The notes under the pieces: generated by a model
Database searches by the model: none
The model's input: only the letters and a program-made list of their open reading frames with translations
Told to the model about the DNA's origin: nothing
Program-made: the position numbers and the translations under genes
Origin: Polyangiales bacterium
GTDB lineage: Bacteria > Myxococcota_A > Polyangia > Polyangiales > Polyangiaceae
Reading direction: 5' to 3'
Assembly: GCA_038230375.1 (NCBI GenBank)
Contig: JBBRNJ010000007.1
Location: 64,001 to 128,000, forward strand
Length of the DNA stretch: 64,000 nucleotides
Shown here: one piece after another, positions 59,898-64,000 of the stretch
How positions within the stretch are numbered: position 1 is the stretch's first letter
Layout of the letters: each line of letters begins with the position of its first letter

Positions 59898-61712
59898 ATG
59901 AAAGACATGAGCATTGGAAGACGCATCACCCTGTCGTTCGTCGTCGTCATCCTGATCGCGAGCGCGGTCGGAGCGTACGCCTTCATCCAGACGTCCAGCA
60001 TGCACGCGGAGTCCGAGAAGATCCGTGAGCAGTACCTGCCGGCGCTGGAGGCGGCGCAGCGGGTGGACGCCCTGCAGCGCACAGCCACGGCGACGGTGAT
60101 GCGACACATCATCGCTGCGAACGACCAAGAGATCCGCAGTGTGGAGGCGGACCTGGAGCAGTCGCACGCCGTGACCCAGGAGGCGCTCGAAGCGCTCGAG
60201 GCGCACACGCAGACCGACGAGGGCCGGCAGCTCCTGGCGAACCTCAAGACCGCGCGAGCCAGGCGGGCAGTGGCCCGCGACCGCGTCCTGGTGCCAAGCC
60301 GCAAGATGGAGAACAAGCTCGCGATGGAGATCGCTCACACCGAGTATCTCCCCGCAGATCGCGAGGCTCAGGCCATCGCTGTCGCGATCCTCAACAAGAA
60401 TCGAGAGTCGGCCGACGCGGCCACGACCCACATCGCAGCAAGCATTCGCTCCACGCAGATCGGCGTCGTCGTGGGCCTGCTCGTGGCCGTGCTGGTGGGT
60501 TTCACCATCGCGCGACTGATGACCCGCAGCATCACGAAGCCGCTCCAGGGCGCAGTGGACCTTGTTCGAAGCGTCGCCACCGGCGACCTCTCCGTACGGG
60601 CAACATCGTCGTCCAGGGACGAGCTGGGGCTCATGATGAACGACCTGAATTTGATGATGGAAAACCTCGACGCCAGCGCACGCGTGGCGAAGTCGATCTC
60701 CAACGGCGACCTGACGGTGAATCCCACGGTGCTCTCGCCCAAGGACTCGCTTGGCGCCGCGCTCAAGCGCATGGTGGAGAACCTGCGCTCTGTCGTACTG
60801 GACGTTGGCACCGCCGCGGGCAACGTGGCGGCGGGCAGTGAGCAGCTCTCCGGAAGCGCGCAGTCGCTGTCGCAGGGCACCAGTGAACAGAGCTCTTCTG
60901 CGCAGGAGACAACGTCTTCGATGGAGGAGATGACGTCCAGCATCCAGCAGTGCCTGGACAACGCGCGTCAGACGGAGCGCATCGCGGCGAAGGCTGCGGA
61001 GGATGCCAAGACCAGCGGCGACGCAGTGCGGACCACGGTGACTGCGATCCGTCAGATCGCAGAGCGGATCGGCGTGATCGAGGAGATCGCGCGGAAGACG
61101 GATCTGCTCGCGCTCAACGCGGCTGTGGAAGCGGCACGCGCCGGCGAGCATGGAAAGGGATTCGCGGTGGTCGCATCCGAGGTGCGCAAGCTCGCAGAGC
61201 GAAGCCAGACGGCCGCAGGCGAGATTGGTCAGCTCACGAACTCGTGCGTGGGTGCGGCAGAGAGCGCGGGTCTGCTGCTCGAGCGCCTGGTGCCGGACAT
61301 CAAGAAGACCGCGGAGCTCGTGCAGGACATTGCAGCGGCCACGGGAGAGCAGAGCACGGGCGCCACGCAGGTGAACCGCGCGATGCAGCAGCTGGACACG
61401 GTCATCCAGAGCAACTCGGCTGCGTCCGAGGAGCTCGCGTCGACCGCCGAGGAGCTCTCTGCGCAGTCAGCGCAGCTGCGCGAGAACATCTCCTTCTTCA
61501 AGCTTGACGGGCAGCGTCCCTCGGCCACGGCAACACGTCCCACGCTCTCCGTGGTGCCGCGTCCGAGGGGCGCCACCCCGCCAAGGGTGACGACCTTGCG
61601 CGCGGTGAATGGGCGTCCGAGCGTCAAGCCGAAGGCCGCTGGCGTGACCATCGACCTTGACCGCGAGTTCGGCGGACCGGACGGGCGTGACAAGGACTTC
61701 GAGGTCGCGTGA
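59898..61712 (+). CDS. Methyl-accepting chemotaxis protein 2 (tandem paralog)
   Basis: Same architecture and near-identical signalling domain. Longer tail ending DKDFEVA. Confidence 0.95.
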   Translation: MKDMSIGRRITLSFVVVILIASAVGAYAFIQTSSMHAESEKIREQYLPALEAAQRVDALQRTATATVMRHIIAANDQEIRSVEADLEQSHAVTQEALEALEAHTQTDEGRQLLANLKTARARRAVARDRVLVPSRKMENKLAMEIAHTEYLPADREAQAIAVAILNKNRESADAATTHIAASIRSTQIGVVVGLLVAVLVGFTIARLMTRSITKPLQGAVDLVRSVATGDLSVRATSSSRDELGLMMNDLNLMMENLDASARVAKSISNGDLTVNPTVLSPKDSLGAALKRMVENLRSVVLDVGTAAGNVAAGSEQLSGSAQSLSQGTSEQSSSAQETTSSMEEMTSSIQQCLDNARQTERIAAKAAEDAKTSGDAVRTTVTAIRQIAERIGVIEEIARKTDLLALNAAVEAARAGEHGKGFAVVASEVRKLAERSQTAAGEIGQLTNSCVGAAESAGLLLERLVPDIKKTAELVQDIAAATGEQSTGATQVNRAMQQLDTVIQSNSAASEELASTAEELSAQSAQLRENISFFKLDGQRPSATATRPTLSVVPRPRGATPPRVTTLRAVNGRPSVKPKAAGVTIDLDREFGGPDGRDKDFEVA

Positions 61713-62227
61713 GCAAGGAGAAGACCATGCAAGAGTCCACGTTCACCACTGGCCACTATCTGACCTTCAAGGTCGGCGCCGAGCTGTTCGCAATAGACGT
61801 CTTCCAGGTCCGCGAAGTGCTGGACATGACGCCCATCACCCGCGTACCCACGTCTCCGCCGTACCTGCGCGGGGTGGTCAACGTGCGAGGTAAGGCGATT
61901 CCCGTCGTGGACATGCGCTACGAGTTCGGCCTTCCGCCGGTGGACGACACGGTGCATACACGCATCGTCGTGCTGGAAATCGCGCTGGATGGTGAGACCT
62001 GCGTCATCGGCGGGCAGGCAGACAGCGTGCACGAGGTGATCGAGATCGAAGCGTCGCAGGTGGAGCCGGCGCCGCGGCTTGCAGCTCGCTGGAAGGCGGG
62101 GATCAGCAAAGGGCTGGCGCGGCGCGGAGACGACTTCGTCATCGTGCTGGATGTGGACGCGGTGTTCGCACATGCCACGGCCGCGGGCCTTGGTCTGCGC
62201 GAAGACCCGCAAACCGAAGCAGCCTGA
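61709..62227 (+). CDS. cheW: Chemotaxis coupling protein
   Basis: [34 protein letters not shown] and DSVHEV. The start may be ATG 61727. Confidence 0.93.
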   Translation: MSKEKTMQESTFTTGHYLTFKVGAELFAIDVFQVREVLDMTPITRVPTSPPYLRGVVNVRGKAIPVVDMRYEFGLPPVDDTVHTRIVVLEIALDGETCVIGGQADSVHEVIEIEASQVEPAPRLAARWKAGISKGLARRGDDFVIVLDVDAVFAHATAAGLGLREDPQTEAA

Positions 62228-62237
62228 GGCGAAGACC

Positions 62238-63056
62238 ATGGAAAAATTCGCAGCCATCAGGACGTTCATCGAGCGGGAGCTCGGCATCAAGATGCCGGTG
62301 TCCAAGGTGCCCATGCTGGAGAGCCGCCTGGTCGGTCGCATGCGGGTCCTCGGGCTCACCACCTATGAGCAGTACGAGCAGTATCTGTTCCACGATCCGA
62401 AGGCGCGTGAAGAGGTGGTCTGCTTCATTGACGCCGTCACCACCAACAAGACGGACTTCTACCGGGAGTATCCACACTTCGAATACCTGAGTTCGCGCGC
62501 GATGCCGACGCTCGCGCCCCAGCACGGCGCTGCAAAGTGGAAGGCGTGGTGCGCGGGATGCTCCACGGGTGAAGAGCCATACACGTTGGCCATGGTGATG
62601 GACGACTATCTGCGGCAGACGAACAATCCGGACTTCGCGATCCTGGCGACGGATATCTCGACACGCGTGCTCGAGCAGGCGCGCGGCGGCATCTATCAGG
62701 CTGACCGTGTCACGCCGCTTCCGGACCAGCTGCGCAAGCGGTACGTGCTGAAGAGCCGCGATCCGCATCGCCACGACGTCCGGATCGCACCAGAGCTGCG
62801 CCGTCGCATCTCATTCCACCGGCTGAACTTCATGGACCCGGACTACGGCGTGAAGGACATGTTCGATGTGATCTTCTTCCGCAACGTGGCCATCTATTTC
62901 GATGCGCCAACGCAGGAACGCGTGGTGGGGAAGCTCTGCGCGCAGCTGCGCCCGGGTGGGTATTTCTTCATCGGTCACTCGGAGTCGCTGCCGGGGCGCG
63001 GCCACAACCTGGAGCACGTCGGCCCGGCGATCTATCGGAAGGGGTCAGGAACATGA
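62238..63056 (+). CDS. cheR: Chemotaxis methyltransferase
   Basis: [38 protein letters not shown] and IGHSES. Confidence 0.95.
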   Translation: MEKFAAIRTFIERELGIKMPVSKVPMLESRLVGRMRVLGLTTYEQYEQYLFHDPKAREEVVCFIDAVTTNKTDFYREYPHFEYLSSRAMPTLAPQHGAAKWKAWCAGCSTGEEPYTLAMVMDDYLRQTNNPDFAILATDISTRVLEQARGGIYQADRVTPLPDQLRKRYVLKSRDPHRHDVRIAPELRRRISFHRLNFMDPDYGVKDMFDVIFFRNVAIYFDAPTQERVVGKLCAQLRPGGYFFIGHSESLPGRGHNLEHVGPAIYRKGSGT

Positions 63057-64000
63057 CGCGCAAGATCCAGGTGATGATCGTGGACGACTCGGCGACGGTG
63101 CGTCAGACGTTGACTCGCATCCTGGAGGGCGAGACCGACATCGAGGTGATCTCGACAGCGACGGACCCGTTCGTTGCGGTGCGCCACATCAAGGAACGAG
63201 CGCCGGATGTGATCGTGCTCGACATAGAGATGCCACGCATGGATGGCCTGACCTTCCTGGAGCGGCTCATGAGCCAGCATCCGATTCCCGTCGTCATCTG
63301 CTCGTCGCTCGCGGAGCACGGGTCGGAGTCCGCGATGGCAGCGCTGGACCGCGGCGCGGTCGAGGTCATCTCCAAGCCCAAGGTCGGCACGAAGCAGTTC
63401 CTGGAGGAATCGCGGGCGATCATCACGGACGCGATCCGTTCGGCGTCCAAGGTCGACCCACGGAAGTTGCGCTCGCGGCCCGCGCAAGTGGCCCCGAAGC
63501 TGACGGCGGACGCGATGCTGCGCAAGCCCACCGGTCGCGCCATGGTGCAGACCACGGACAAGGTGATCGCCATAGGCGCCTCCACCGGCGGCACCATCGC
63601 GCTGGAGCGCGTGCTCTCCCGCGTGCACATCGAGGCCCCGGGGATCGTGGTGGTCCAGCACATGCCAGAGAGCTTCACTGCCCAGTTCGCCGCGCGCCTG
63701 GACAGCGTGTGTGCGATCAAGGTGAAAGAAGCGGAGACCGGCGACACGGTCCTTCGCGGACAGGCGCTCATTGCGCCGGGTGGCAAGCACCTGCTCCTGC
63801 AGCGAAGCGGCGCGCGCTATTTCGTGGAGGTGAAGGATGGCCCGCTCGTCTCGAGGCACCGGCCTTCGGTCGACGTGCTGTTCCGCTCCACGGCGCGCTA
63901 TGCCGGCAAGAATGGCATCGGGATCATCCTCACGGGTATGGGCGACGACGGCGCAAAGGCCATGGTGGAGATGAAGGCCGCGGGCGCCTACACCATCGCC
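63053..64000 (+). CDS. cheB: Chemotaxis response regulator methylesterase (partial, runs off the window)
   Basis: Manual translation: [46 protein letters not shown] and [13 protein letters not shown] overlap with cheR. Confidence 0.93.
   Translation, partial: MTRKIQVMIVDDSATVRQTLTRILEGETDIEVISTATDPFVAVRHIKERAPDVIVLDIEMPRMDGLTFLERLMSQHPIPVVICSSLAEHGSESAMAALDRGAVEVISKPKVGTKQFLEESRAIITDAIRSASKVDPRKLRSRPAQVAPKLTADAMLRKPTGRAMVQTTDKVIAIGASTGGTIALERVLSRVHIEAPGIVVVQHMPESFTAQFAARLDSVCAIKVKEAETGDTVLRGQALIAPGGKHLLLQRSGARYFVEVKDGPLVSRHRPSVDVLFRSTARYAGKNGIGIILTGMGDDGAKAMVEMKAAGAYTIA

Overview
High-GC bacterial chromosome segment. The gene content points to Myxococcota, probably Polyangia/Sorangiineae-like: four eukaryotic-like Ser/Thr kinases, a MYXO-CTERM-type tail, a TIGR04551-like barrel, PEGA/TPR and DUF4388-like proteins. 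No rRNA, tRNA, CRISPR array or transposase was seen. Main blocks: (1) 4.8-17.2 kb, a polyhydroxyalkanoate (PHA) locus. Class III phaC and a short phaE-like gene share an apparent 8-gene operon with an acyl-CoA ligase, an outer-membrane beta-barrel, two paralogous lipoproteins, a lipoprotein hydrolase and a surface-anchored PHB depolymerase. Divergently lie phaR, a phasin, an SDR reductase and a SatP-like channel, with PhaR-type operators. (2) 17-29 kb, signalling genes plus a small-ORF/Doc-like pair whose catalytic motif is degenerate. (3) 29.4-32.1 kb, a three-gene operon: a membrane protein ending in a lipobox-like Cys, a tetraether-synthase (Tes/GDGT-MAS)-family radical SAM enzyme and a non-canonical Lgt. 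(4) Lipoproteins, a pentaheme cytochrome, an iorAB-like molybdoenzyme and thiOSGE. (5) 47.5-64 kb, a two-component/chemosensory island with a sigma54 promoter, tandem enhancer palindromes, duplicated MCPs, cheW, cheR and a partial cheB. The best candidates for undescribed systems are the Tes-like/Lgt-like operon and the putative PHA scavenging/re-polymerisation locus. All family calls come from motif recognition by eye; no database searches were run.
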